Shown here piece by piece: positions 1-9,516 of a stretch of 64,000 bases of DNA. Under the pieces are notes generated by a model. The model had not been told where the DNA came from and ran no database searches. It worked only from the letters and a program-made list of their open reading frames with translations. The position numbers and the translations under genes were made by a program. The stretch is from an uncultured Candidatus Binatia bacterium (GTDB taxonomy: Bacteria; Desulfobacterota; Binatia; UBA9968; CAXXLF01). Location: assembly GCA_965215595.1 (NCBI GenBank), contig CBDCDW010000006.1, forward strand, positions 138,129 to 202,128. Reading direction: 5' to 3'. How positions within the stretch are numbered: the stretch's first letter is position 1; every line of letters begins with the position of its first letter.

Positions 1-870
1 CACGTGGTTGCGAATGCGCATGGCATCCATCAGGCTCTTGAAGTTAAACGCAACCCTCTGAACATTCTCCATCCCCAGATAGTTAGAAACCGTACCAAGG
101 GCCAAAACGAGGTGATCATAGAGCAGTTCTCGGGTTTCTTGTGCTGACGGTCCGCCACCAGACAGGCGGTTATCCATGGCCAAAATGACTTGCTTTTTTT
201 CCTGGTCAATATGAGTGACGTGGCCCCTGATCACTTGGGTGCGGTGCAGTCCGGTGCGCAAAGGTGCGCTGATGTGACTGGGTTCGACGCTGCTCCCGGC
301 CACCTCCGCCAACATGGGGGTAAACAGCAAGGCATTGGTGTCACTGACCAGAGTGAAGTCTACCGATCGGTCAGCGCCAAACACCTGTTCCAAACCCATG
401 GCAGTGGTCATACCTGCAAAGCCACCCCCCAAGATCACGATACGGATCTTTTCCACTTCGGGAGGTTTTGGCGGTGAGGGTTCAGGACCCAGTCGCCAGA
501 GGGCGAGGTCGTTTAACATCTGTACCATCAAACCCAGGGCGGTGCCGTACAGCACCCACCCCACCAATTCCGGGAACAACCCTTGCATTCCTACTGCGCT
601 CCACTGCACGGGCTGCCCGGATAGCAAGGGGAAAACAATCACGCTCAGAGAACACCACAATGGAATGCCCAAGGCACCAGCAGTCATGGCGTTATCCGCA
701 TAGGCGTAGCGGACAGGTGGAAAAGCAAGCGAATAGGCCATCCCAAAAAGAACACCAAGCACAATGCCTAAAACCATATTGCTCAGTGTAACGGCCAACG
801 CGGCGCTGGCTGCCAAACCGGCCAAGAGGCCAATTGAAGCCCGCCGTACCTGTGAATTCATCCTGCTCAT
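1..870 (-). CDS. Type II NADH:quinone oxidoreductase (NDH-2) with a ~120-aa N-terminal multi-helix membrane extension. Partial: the C-terminus runs off the window start.
   Basis: Minus-strand frame, not in the ORF track because it is edge-truncated. It reads MSRMNSQV...(three to four hydrophobic helices)...[55 protein letters not shown]...LVLALGT. This carries the Rossmann GGGFAG motif and the NDH-2-like LVxxxxxxLFTPMLxEVAxGS region. ATG is at 870-868, 45 nt downstream of the tctA stop. Confidence 0.55.
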   Translation of the reverse strand, partial: MSRMNSQVRRASIGLLAGLAASAALAVTLSNMVLGIVLGVLFGMAYSLAFPPVRYAYADNAMTAGALGIPLWCSLSVIVFPLLSGQPVQWSAVGMQGLFPELVGWVLYGTALGLMVQMLNDLALWRLGPEPSPPKPPEVEKIRIVILGGGFAGMTTAMGLEQVFGADRSVDFTLVSDTNALLFTPMLAEVAGSSVEPSHISAPLRTGLHRTQVIRGHVTHIDQEKKQVILAMDNRLSGGGPSAQETRELLYDHLVLALGTVSNYLGMENVQRVAFNFKSLMDAMRIRNHV

Positions 871-915
871 TTTCTCACCAGTCATAATGCTTGACCTCAA
901 TTAGCTAGTTTTGCG

Positions 916-2403
916 CTATTCTTCGTTGCCCACTATGGTCTTATTTTTCCGGAGCAAGGGATAAAGACTGATGAACAGTACAAGTACTAACATGACTACC
1001 ACGACGGGGCGATATAAAAACCCAACCCCCAAGCTAGTAACCGAGATGGTGAAATACTTCTCCGCCTGCTTTCCAAGAATCAGACCGAGGATCAGAGGAA
1101 CCCGGGGCCAGTTGAATGTCTTCATTGCCCTGCCAATGGTACCGAATATTGCCAAAACAACAATGTCGCCTAGGCTGTTGTTGGTGGCAAAACTCCCCAA
1201 AAAAACCAGCACCAAAAGAAGAGGAACGATCAGCGAGCCTCGGATAAAAGTGACTCGGGCTAAAGGATTCGCAAGTGCGAGGGAAATGGCTGCCCCAATG
1301 ACATTTGCAATAACGAGGGCCCACATCATTGCGTAGACGACTTCCGTCTGCTTGGTCAAAAGGTTCAACCCGGGGGTTATCCCCTGAATGGTCAATGCAC
1401 CGAGAAACACAGCCATAGAAATGGTTCCCGGCACCCCAAAGGCCAGAGTAGGGATGAGACCCGCTTCCGCGGCGGCATTGTTGGCCGTTTCTGCTGCTAT
1501 GACTCCCTCCGGCGCCCCTTTACCGAAACGCTCCGGGTGCTTTGAGGACTGGACCGTTTGCCCATAGGCAACGAATGAAGCTGCACCAGGACCAAGCCCG
1601 GGCACCATTCCAAAGATGGTCCCGATGATTGACGCGCGCAGGGTGACCCTCCAGTGGCGGAAGGAGTCCTTGAATCCTTCCATAACTCCGTCGGTCTTGA
1701 GCCCCCGCCTTTCAACTTGCGCGAGACTCGTTCCTTTGACCGCCAATTCGACGATCTCAGGGATGGCGAAAAGACCAATCAACGTGGGTAAGAGTGGCAA
1801 ACCGCTCCATAGATACAACGCGCCGAGAGTGTACCGATGCGTTGACGTTTGTAGGTCCATCCCAACGGTGGCGAGCACTAGACCAAGCCCACCGCACAGC
1901 CATCCACGAATCGGTGAGCTTCCCCCTAGGGACGAGATAAAGGCGATGCCGAGCAGAACGATCATAAATTGCTCAGGAGATCCAAATGAAAGGATCACGG
2001 GCCGCAGAAGAGGGACGGAGACTCCCAGGACCACGGCGGCGAAGATGCCGCCAATAGCCGATGTCAGTATTCCGGCGCCCATAGCACGAGCCGCCTCACC
2101 GCGCTGGGTCATGGCATATCCGTCGGCGACGGTGGCTGCGGAGCCTGCGGCCGTAGGAATAGCGTAGAGGATTGCTGTGACGGCACTCACCGTGGAATCC
2201 ACCGCCAATATCCCCATGAGGAGGGAAAACGCCGCCACCGGCGTCATGGTGAAGAGAAAAGGAAGTAGCAGGGCAAAAGCAGTGGTGACGCCCAAACCGG
2301 GCAAGAGACCCGTTGCCAGCCCAATGAGGACTCCCACAAGCAACATAGCAAATGGGACGGGGGACAGCAGGCTCGTAAGGCCTGCGAATAGCGCGTCAAA
2401 CAT
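916..2403 (-). CDS. tctA: Tripartite tricarboxylate transporter large permease, TctA family
   Basis: 495-aa polytopic membrane protein. Glycine-rich TctA-like helices (GLLPGLGVTTAFALLLPFLF; two-half duplication). Confidence 0.8.
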   Translation of the reverse strand: MFDALFAGLTSLLSPVPFAMLLVGVLIGLATGLLPGLGVTTAFALLLPFLFTMTPVAAFSLLMGILAVDSTVSAVTAILYAIPTAAGSAATVADGYAMTQRGEAARAMGAGILTSAIGGIFAAVVLGVSVPLLRPVILSFGSPEQFMIVLLGIAFISSLGGSSPIRGWLCGGLGLVLATVGMDLQTSTHRYTLGALYLWSGLPLLPTLIGLFAIPEIVELAVKGTSLAQVERRGLKTDGVMEGFKDSFRHWRVTLRASIIGTIFGMVPGLGPGAASFVAYGQTVQSSKHPERFGKGAPEGVIAAETANNAAAEAGLIPTLAFGVPGTISMAVFLGALTIQGITPGLNLLTKQTEVVYAMMWALVIANVIGAAISLALANPLARVTFIRGSLIVPLLLVLVFLGSFATNNSLGDIVVLAIFGTIGRAMKTFNWPRVPLILGLILGKQAEKYFTISVTSLGVGFLYRPVVVVMLVLVLFISLYPLLRKNKTIVGNEE

Positions 2404-2458
2404 ATGGGAGAGGCAGTGCTGCTACTTCGGCCTTAAGAACCAGGAATGACACGTTGGC

Positions 2459-3478
2459 TCATTTGGGCCGCTTGAGCATTGCGCGAATCTGCTTGAGGAC
2501 TTCAGGAGAGGCCTGAGTCAGCTTCCTGATGGTCTTCTCCACCTGCTCACCGTCATTCGGGACCACCGATAGGCCCGTTCTCTTGGCATCCGCGAGGAAC
2601 TTCGGGTCCTTCAATGTTTGCGCAAAGCCGCGCCGCAGAATTTTGACACGCTCCTGGGGTACCCCCGGTGGCGCCGTCCAGGCCCTGGGTGTTCTAAAGG
2701 GAACCACTGCCACTTCAACCAACTTCCTGGTGTTATCGTCTTTGATCAATTCCCAAATCGTGGGGACCTTAGGCAGCGCTTTATGCCGCTTATCTGAAAT
2801 GATACCTAAAATATGAAAGCCCTGGTCCAACCATTCTCGCCGCCGGGCCAAAACCGTTGAATAGGTCGAAGACCTTCCATCCACTTCCTTCCGTTCCACC
2901 GCCAGGTCGATTTCCGGGGGCGAGTAACCGAAAACATAATCGAATTTGACGCCTAGGGATTTTTCAAAGATACGGGCTTGCATGAAGATGGCATGCCTCG
3001 AGGACGGTACGCCCAGCTTGGGTGGCCGGTTGGCCTTGCGAATTGCTTCTACGCTTGAATACGGCGAATCCACATGAAAGATCAGTATTGAGTTAGGATC
3101 GGCAAAGGTCCCCAGCCAGATAAAATCTTCCACCTTATACTTGACCCCCCGCGTTCCGAGTATCTTGTGGAACGCCACCAGAGTACCATTCAACCCAATG
3201 GTCAAGCCGTCAGGTTTTGCCACGTTATAGAGATAGTTTGCTAAATTGATTCCCCCAGCACCCGGTATCGGCTGAACGATGATGGCGGGATTTCCTGGAA
3301 TATGACGACTGAGGTGACGTCCCACCGTTCGCGCTTCAATGTCAGTTAACGCACCTGGGGGCGATGGAGTCAAAACACGTAACGCCTTACCGCTATAGAA
3401 CGACTGTGCCAGACCCGTGATGGGGATAAGCCAAATGCACACAGAAAGGCAAAGCCACCGGAATATCCTTCCAAACAT
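2459..3478 (-). CDS. tctC: Tripartite tricarboxylate transporter substrate-binding protein, TctC/Bug family
   Basis: 339 aa, signal peptide, Bug-family-like periplasmic binding protein. Lies between tctB-like and tctA genes. Confidence 0.7.
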   Translation of the reverse strand: MFGRIFRWLCLSVCIWLIPITGLAQSFYSGKALRVLTPSPPGALTDIEARTVGRHLSRHIPGNPAIIVQPIPGAGGINLANYLYNVAKPDGLTIGLNGTLVAFHKILGTRGVKYKVEDFIWLGTFADPNSILIFHVDSPYSSVEAIRKANRPPKLGVPSSRHAIFMQARIFEKSLGVKFDYVFGYSPPEIDLAVERKEVDGRSSTYSTVLARRREWLDQGFHILGIISDKRHKALPKVPTIWELIKDDNTRKLVEVAVVPFRTPRAWTAPPGVPQERVKILRRGFAQTLKDPKFLADAKRTGLSVVPNDGEQVEKTIRKLTQASPEVLKQIRAMLKRPK

Positions 3479-3578
3479 TTGTCACCCCCTGAATGGTATT
3501 GCTAAACTTTTTTGTTAAAAGCGGCAGTTAAACTCAGTCGCACCCCGGATGTGGATCCCAAGACCTACCACAGCGGTC

Positions 3579-4076
3579 CTAACCATACAACCATTCTAAC
3601 CACTGAAACGCCATTCCTTGAGGAAACGGTAGATGGAGGAAATGATCAAAGATTCCCCACAAAAAGGCCCAGGCAACTGTGGTGAGGCCCAGGGAAACAA
3701 ACCAACCTTCACGGGATTGAATTTTCAGATAGCAGAATACCACCACCGGTACCGCCACCTGAAAACCCACAAGCCAGATGAGACCCAATAACCCGTAAAT
3801 CCAACAGAAAATATTCAAGGTCCTGCTGCGCAACAGCTCAGGTGACAGGGTGGCAGAAGAAGGGGTGGAGTCATCCTCAGGGTCAGAAACCCCCACTGTC
3901 TTGCCAACACCGCGAAGGTCGAGAGCAATCTGTACCAAGCCGAGGATAAGCATCGGAATTCCAATGACCCAGGGAAACATACGGGCCTCTATGGGCCAAT
4001 CTTTCGCCAAAATGATCACCACAGCGAAGAACATCGCTACAAAAGAACTCACCCATACTTGACGCTCAACCCGCAT
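3579..4076 (-). CDS. tctB: Small TctB-like membrane subunit of the tricarboxylate transporter
   Basis: 165-aa, 4-helix hydrophobic protein immediately upstream of tctC and tctA in the same orientation. Confidence 0.55.
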   Translation of the reverse strand: MRVERQVWVSSFVAMFFAVVIILAKDWPIEARMFPWVIGIPMLILGLVQIALDLRGVGKTVGVSDPEDDSTPSSATLSPELLRSRTLNIFCWIYGLLGLIWLVGFQVAVPVVVFCYLKIQSREGWFVSLGLTTVAWAFLWGIFDHFLHLPFPQGMAFQWLEWLYG

Positions 4077-4273
4077 GTCACATCCCCTTTTATCAGGCCC
4101 ACACCATAGCCCGGGACAACATCCACTGCAACAAATTTGAAAGAATTCAGCTTATAAAAGTACCCTTCGTATCTATTGCTAGAGAGGATTATTTGCATTA
4201 TGAGTTGTTGAATCCGATCCTCGACCCGAATATAATCCCCGCGTAGATTGACTGTGAATATGGAGGTAGGCCC

Positions 4274-5362
4274 ATGAGTACATCAAACCATTTGCCGGTC
4301 ATCGACGCAGACTCCCACGTCATCGAGACCGCACGGACTTGGGAGTATCTAGAGCCATCCGAGCAGAAGTATCGCCCACTCCTCTACTCCTCACCTGACA
4401 ATCCCACCCGACAGTACTGGATGATGGACGGCAAGATTTGCGGCCTACGCTTTCCCACCTTGAGCGAGCAGGAGCTTAAGACAATGTCGGAAAAGACAGG
4501 GAGGCACATGGAAACTCCGCAAGAAGCCCGCGAGCTCGACGACGTGAACCTTAGACTTAAGCACCTGGACAAGCTCGGGATCGATATTCAGATTCTGCAC
4601 AACACGTTTTGGATCGAACAGGTCTCTCCTCGACCGGAGGCTGAGGCCGCCCTCTGCCGGAGCTGGAACCGTTGGCTCGGGGATATTTGGCGCCAGGGTA
4701 ACGGAAGGTTACGCTGGTCATGTGTCGTACCCTCTATGCTGATGGACGAGGCAATCCAGCAGGTGAAGATGGCAAAGGAAAATGGCGCGGTGGCAGTGTG
4801 TTTGAGGCCTCTTGAGGGGAACCGCCACATTACGGACCCGTACTTTTATCCCCTTTATGAAGTGGCGAGCGATCTTGACATGGCGATGGCCGTGCATATC
4901 GCCAACGGCAACCCGGACTATTGCGATCTCTACCGCTATACTCCGGCAAGCACCATGATCATGTTTCGGATGCCCACAGTGGCTGCCTGCTTTGCCCTTT
5001 TGATGAGCGAAGTTCCGCAGCTTTTTCGCAAATTGCGGTGGGGCTTTATTGAAACCTCAGCTCAATGGGTGCCGTGGATCTATCACGAGGCTGCAATTCG
5101 CTACAAAGGAGCGGGCAGAAAAATCCCTGACGATTTGTTTCACGAGTGCAATATCTTTGTTACCTGTCAAACCAACGACGACATCCCCTACATCCTCAAG
5201 TATTCCGGCGAGCACGCATTGGCCATAGGTACGGACTACGGACATACCGATACCTCCGCCAAGTTGGATACGATTACGGAATTTAAAAATTCTGAAGCAA
5301 TCAGCCAGGATGACCGAAATCGAATTCTAACTCACAACCCAAAAGCCCTGTATGCTCTCTGA
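4274..5362 (+). CDS. Amidohydrolase-2 family protein (ACMSD-like metal-dependent hydrolase)
   Basis: 362 aa. N-terminal IDADSHVIE metal-binding start and C-terminal GTDYGHTD motif typical of amidohydrolase_2. Confidence 0.65.
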   Translation: MSTSNHLPVIDADSHVIETARTWEYLEPSEQKYRPLLYSSPDNPTRQYWMMDGKICGLRFPTLSEQELKTMSEKTGRHMETPQEARELDDVNLRLKHLDKLGIDIQILHNTFWIEQVSPRPEAEAALCRSWNRWLGDIWRQGNGRLRWSCVVPSMLMDEAIQQVKMAKENGAVAVCLRPLEGNRHITDPYFYPLYEVASDLDMAMAVHIANGNPDYCDLYRYTPASTMIMFRMPTVAACFALLMSEVPQLFRKLRWGFIETSAQWVPWIYHEAAIRYKGAGRKIPDDLFHECNIFVTCQTNDDIPYILKYSGEHALAIGTDYGHTDTSAKLDTITEFKNSEAISQDDRNRILTHNPKALYAL

Positions 5363-5374
5363 AAGCAGGGTTGT

Positions 5375-5525
5375 CTAAAAGGTCGTCCGATCCAGGCTCC
5401 GGTATTGGATCGCCTCCGAAATATGTGCGGACTGAATGTTCCCTGACCCTTCCAGGTCCGCGATGGTTCGACTCACTTTAAGAATCCGGTTGTACACCCG
5501 GGCGCTCAGGGCAAACTTAGCGATG
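5375..5525 (-). pseudogene. Displaced duplicate of the comM 3' end. It encodes ~50 C-terminal ComM residues in frame, ending in a stop.
   Basis: Reverse complement translates to ...[50 protein letters not shown]. The intact comM C-terminus at 7948-8100 reads ...[50 protein letters not shown]. Estimated by eye at ~85% nucleotide identity, with mostly synonymous or conservative differences. Confidence 0.75.
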
Positions 5526-5947
5526 CAGAGCATATAGAGTGCCTAAAGGCACAAGATTTTTAGCTGGGAGAGCCAAATTTGCTCAAATTCTACCTCTACA
5601 TGCCTTTAAAGGCCGATTCCAAAGACCCGGGTCAGCCACCCTTGCCTTCCGCCCGGTCCCTGCTGGTAGCTAAAAAGCCCGCGTCAGGCGTCATGGGATC
5701 GATCCAATATAACCTGTCGAAATGAGAAGCGAGAACGAGTGCTCTGTTAAGGGAGTCCGAATAGCTGCACTACTACATTTTGGGATCTAGAACCATGTGG
5801 ATGTGTAGCCCAGTTTAACCAGCGTCCAACTATGTACAAAATTGGAAAAAAGAATCCCCGGATCTGGACGATTCCAGTGCCTGCAATGATTATTTTGGAT
5901 GTTCTCGAACTGAGGCTGGCATAGATCCTGCTCTATTTAAAAGGATT

Positions 5948-6877
5948 ATGGGGACAGAGGATTCGACAGATAAGACCGATATTATGTCCTCAATCTCCTC
6001 CTGGAAAGATAAGCGATCGGGGCGGAATACCAGCAGCGCTAACGGCGAGGAAGGAAACCACGATACAAAGCGCGTTTCCACTGGAATTCCTGACCTTGAC
6101 CTTCTCATTGAAGGAGGCTTTCCAATTGGAAAGTCTTATCTCATTACAGGGGAACAAGGCTCAGGGAAAACCGTTTTTTGTATTCAGTTTATCCTGTCCA
6201 GTCTCCTAGCGGGGGAGAGGGTTGTTTACGTCACCGTCAATGAAAAACCGGCCGAAATCGTCGCAGAGGCGAACTCCCTTGGTTGGAGCCTGCTAGAGTT
6301 TGTCGAAGAGAAGAAACTCCTGATCTTAGATGCCTCTCCCCTACTATCCACTGGCACAAGCCGAACATCCAAGGGTGAAGGGCCGGATGTAGCAAAGACC
6401 GTTGGCGATCTCGCCAACTACGTCAAGAGAATGGAGGCCTCTCGTGTTGTCATCGATCCCGTTGGTCCCCTGATTGGCTCTGCCGATTCTACGTCTACAG
6501 CGCAGGATCACACCCGTACTCTGGTCCACGCCCTACAGGATAATATGGAAACAACCAATCTAATTACCTCCAACTCCGTAAGTGGCAACAGCATATGCGC
6601 GGCTGACGGGCAGGGGATCCCGGTTAATGGTGTTGTGGCTCTCGGATTTAGCCGAAAGCAAAACGGTTTGATCCGCACCCTCTTGGTGAGCAAAATGCGG
6701 GGGACAGCCATTGATCTCATTGAATACCCCTATGACATTGTCAAGGGAAAGGGAATTGTACTCAATCCAATCATTCCCAAGGCGCCGACAACACCCGACG
6801 CTCCCACTATGTCCGCAACACCGGCCACCGAGACATCAGAAGGCGGCTTGGACATTTTTAAGGAATGGGAACCGTAG
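5948..6877 (+). CDS. Single-domain KaiC/RadA/RecA-superfamily ATPase (KaiC-like, COG0467 type)
   Basis: 309 aa. GIPDLDLLIEGGFPIGKSYLITGEQGSGKTVFCIQF (KaiC-type Walker A region), VVYVTVNEKPAEIVAEANSLGW, LLILDAS (Walker B). Confidence 0.6.
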   Translation: MGTEDSTDKTDIMSSISSWKDKRSGRNTSSANGEEGNHDTKRVSTGIPDLDLLIEGGFPIGKSYLITGEQGSGKTVFCIQFILSSLLAGERVVYVTVNEKPAEIVAEANSLGWSLLEFVEEKKLLILDASPLLSTGTSRTSKGEGPDVAKTVGDLANYVKRMEASRVVIDPVGPLIGSADSTSTAQDHTRTLVHALQDNMETTNLITSNSVSGNSICAADGQGIPVNGVVALGFSRKQNGLIRTLLVSKMRGTAIDLIEYPYDIVKGKGIVLNPIIPKAPTTPDAPTMSATPATETSEGGLDIFKEWEP

Positions 6878-7129
6878 TAAAAATAGAACTCTACAGACGC
6901 AAACCTGCGGTTTTAACCTTTACAGGTTATTGCCTGACCGACTTCATGAATCTCTCACGCGTGAAGCTTAAGCTTTGATCATCTCCAACCGCCAACTCCT
7001 AAAGAAGCAACTGCCGGACTCGATACACATACCTCAAGATCACAATTATCAACGGTAGAGATGCTCACACGCGGAACCCGAAAAGATAGTACTCGGTAGA
7101 GTAGAGGACAGGCTTAGCTTGCTTTAGGC

Positions 7130-7830
7130 CGCACCTTGGCTGTATCCGCCGTTTCCAGCTTCGTGCCCGTTTAGGCACTTCCGTAACAAGCGTTCCTGTC
7201 CCCCCTCATCAAACCGTACTTGCAGTTTTCCCGCATACGGCTTTCCGATCATCTTCATCTCAAGGCATGCGAGGCCGCCTATTGAGCTCCCTCTTGGCCT
7301 TGAGATACAGTCTCCGCTAGAGGTCTCGAATCTTGTTAGGTGTTTGTAGCCTCACGGCAATCACCTCTCCTTCCCTCTTTAAGAGACACAATGAAAGTAG
7401 GGCGCCTTCCCTCAGCCGGCATTACCCAGCCTCCTCGGTAATACTCGCCCCTCCGACTTCTCGCCCGCCTGACCCTGACTTCGGTTTCCCTTATACCGAG
7501 CCATTGCGGCTATCACCCGCGACAAACGAGATCTCCCGCGTTACCCATCACAACTTCCCCCACATGCCGTCCCGACGACCCCGGAGAGCCCATCTGCTTC
7601 TGTCTCGGTTATTTCCACAGATGGCACCGGCCTTCCCCATCTGACCACAGGGTCGGCACTCTCAATCAGCAAGTTACGAGGCTCTATGGGTTCCCTAGTA
7701 GTACGGCCTGCGAGTTTGCGATCCTCTCCTTTTGGAAAGTTTTCTCGATCCACTTAGCCCTGAGAGTCACCCCTCAAAACCAGATCTTCGCTAGCGGGGT
7801 GAACCGTTAATTCCCCGCACCGGACTTTAA
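7130..7830 (-). mobile_element. ORF-less group II intron-like RNA with a canonical domain V. Boundaries are approximate.
   Basis: Minus-strand reading of 7246-7212 gives AAGCCGUAUGCGGGAAAACUGCAAGUACGGUUU. It has the AGC catalytic triad, lower stem AGCCGUAU/AUACGGUU, an AA two-nucleotide bulge, and a GAAA-type loop. A GUGCG 5'-end candidate lies at 7820-7816 just after a small hairpin. No ORF of 80 aa or more with RT motifs lies in the ~0.7-kb span. Confidence 0.5.
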
Positions 7831-7947
7831 CCGGCAAGTTGCACTGCTTCCGCGGCATACGATCAGCCTTGCCTACTTGCTATTTACGAAGGGGTCGATA
7901 ATGACGGTATCAGGCAGGTAAATTGACTTTAGACTTAAATTGACGGG

Positions 7948-9516
7948 CTAAAATGTTCTTCGGTCCAGGCTCCGGTATTGGATCGCCTCCGAAATATGTG
8001 CGGATTGAATGTCCCCGGAGCCTTCCAGGTCAGCTATCGTTCGACTCACTTTAAGAATCCGGTTGTAAGCCCGGGCGCTCAGGCCAAACTTGGTAATGGC
8101 CGTTTCCAATAGCTTCTGCCCTTCCCCACTCACTTCACAGAACCTCTTGAGCTCCTTTGCCCCCATCTGGGCGTTGGAATGGATCTTACCCTGCTGAAAC
8201 CGCTGGGTCTGCAGGCAACGCGCAGCGTTCACCCTTTCACGAATATCGTTTGACTGCTCGCCCGGGTCCCGTGAGGCCAGGTCTTGATACTGAACGGCAG
8301 GAACCTCCACCTGAATATCGATACGGTCCAAAAGCGGACCCGAAATCTTTGAGCGGTAACGCTGGATCTGAACCGGCGTGCAGTTGCACTCTTTCTGGGG
8401 ATCGGTAAAAAATCCGCAGGGGCACGGATTCATAGCAGCAACCAGCATGAAGCCGGCCGGATAGTTCATGGACCCTACGGCGCGGGACACGGTAATGCTA
8501 CCGTCCTCCAGGGGTTGTCGCATCACCTCGATCACGTTACGCCGAAATTCCGGCAGCTCGTCGAGGAAGAGAACGCCATTGTGCGCCAAGGATACTTCCC
8601 CGGGTTTGGGGACTGTTCCTCCACCCACGAGTCCAGCATCGGAGATGGTGTGATGGGGGGAACGGAATGGCCGTGTGGCCAATAGCGGTCTCCCATTGAG
8701 AAGGCCCATGACACTGTGGATTTTCGTGGTCTCCAGGGCCTCCGGTAGGGACATATCTGACAGCACCGTGGGCAGTCTCTTGGCCAGCATTGTCTTGCCC
8801 GAACCTGGAGGACCTATCAGCAGCACATTGTGAGCCCCAGCCGCTGCCACCTCCAGGGCCCGTTTCACATGCTGCTGTCCTTTCACATCACTGAAATCTG
8901 TGTCGTAAACGGAATGTCTGCGGAAGAGTTCTTCCATATCCACTCGAGTGGGTTGGAGAGTGGGTTCACCATTAAGGTACTCAATCACCTGAGGCAGGTT
9001 CTGGGCACCAAGTACCTCCACCCCAGACACCACTCCAGCTTCAGGCGCATTGGTGACAGGCAGGATAATACCCCGGAGGCCTTCCGCCTTTGCAGCCACG
9101 GCCACAGGCAAGGCCCCGCGAACGGATTTGACCTCACCGTCGAGGGAGAGCTCGCCTAACATGAGGTAATCCCGCAGCCGGTCGTTTTTCACCAGACCTT
9201 CAGCCGCCAGGATACCCACCGCCATGGGGAGGTCATAACCAGAGCCCTCCTTTTTGACGTCGGCCGGGGCTAAATTAATGGTGATCTTCTTCGCGGGAAA
9301 AGAATAACCGCAGTTTTTTAATGCCGCGCGGATACGATCTTTACTTTCTCGAACCGCTCCCTCCGCCAAGCCCACTGTGGCCAACTGCGGTAGGCCTGAA
9401 GCGATATCCACTTCCACCTCCACCCGCAGAGCATCTATGCCATAGAGGGAAGCACTATTGATCTTTGCAAGCATCTCGGAGCCAATCTGCCATTTTGGTA
9501 ACCGGAGGGGGATCAT
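7948..9516 (-). CDS. comM: YifB/ComM family Mg-chelatase-like AAA+ ATPase
   Basis: 522 aa. N-terminal Lon-protease-like domain, Walker A LLIGPPGSGKTM, FLDELPEF, and an MCM/Mg-chelatase-like C-terminus. Confidence 0.9.
   Translation of the reverse strand: MIPLRLPKWQIGSEMLAKINSASLYGIDALRVEVEVDIASGLPQLATVGLAEGAVRESKDRIRAALKNCGYSFPAKKITINLAPADVKKEGSGYDLPMAVGILAAEGLVKNDRLRDYLMLGELSLDGEVKSVRGALPVAVAAKAEGLRGIILPVTNAPEAGVVSGVEVLGAQNLPQVIEYLNGEPTLQPTRVDMEELFRRHSVYDTDFSDVKGQQHVKRALEVAAAGAHNVLLIGPPGSGKTMLAKRLPTVLSDMSLPEALETTKIHSVMGLLNGRPLLATRPFRSPHHTISDAGLVGGGTVPKPGEVSLAHNGVLFLDELPEFRRNVIEVMRQPLEDGSITVSRAVGSMNYPAGFMLVAAMNPCPCGFFTDPQKECNCTPVQIQRYRSKISGPLLDRIDIQVEVPAVQYQDLASRDPGEQSNDIRERVNAARCLQTQRFQQGKIHSNAQMGAKELKRFCEVSGEGQKLLETAITKFGLSARAYNRILKVSRTIADLEGSGDIQSAHISEAIQYRSLDRRTF

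Noticed and set aside
190-791. Three overlapping + strand ORFs (95-129 aa) in the first 800 bp
   Set aside because: They lie antisense to a continuous NDH-2 frame with clear Rossmann and NDH-2 motifs. They have GC-rich random composition and no recognisable domains.
6226-6720. Minus-strand ORFs inside the KaiC-like gene
   Set aside because: They are antisense to a frame with Walker A/B motifs.
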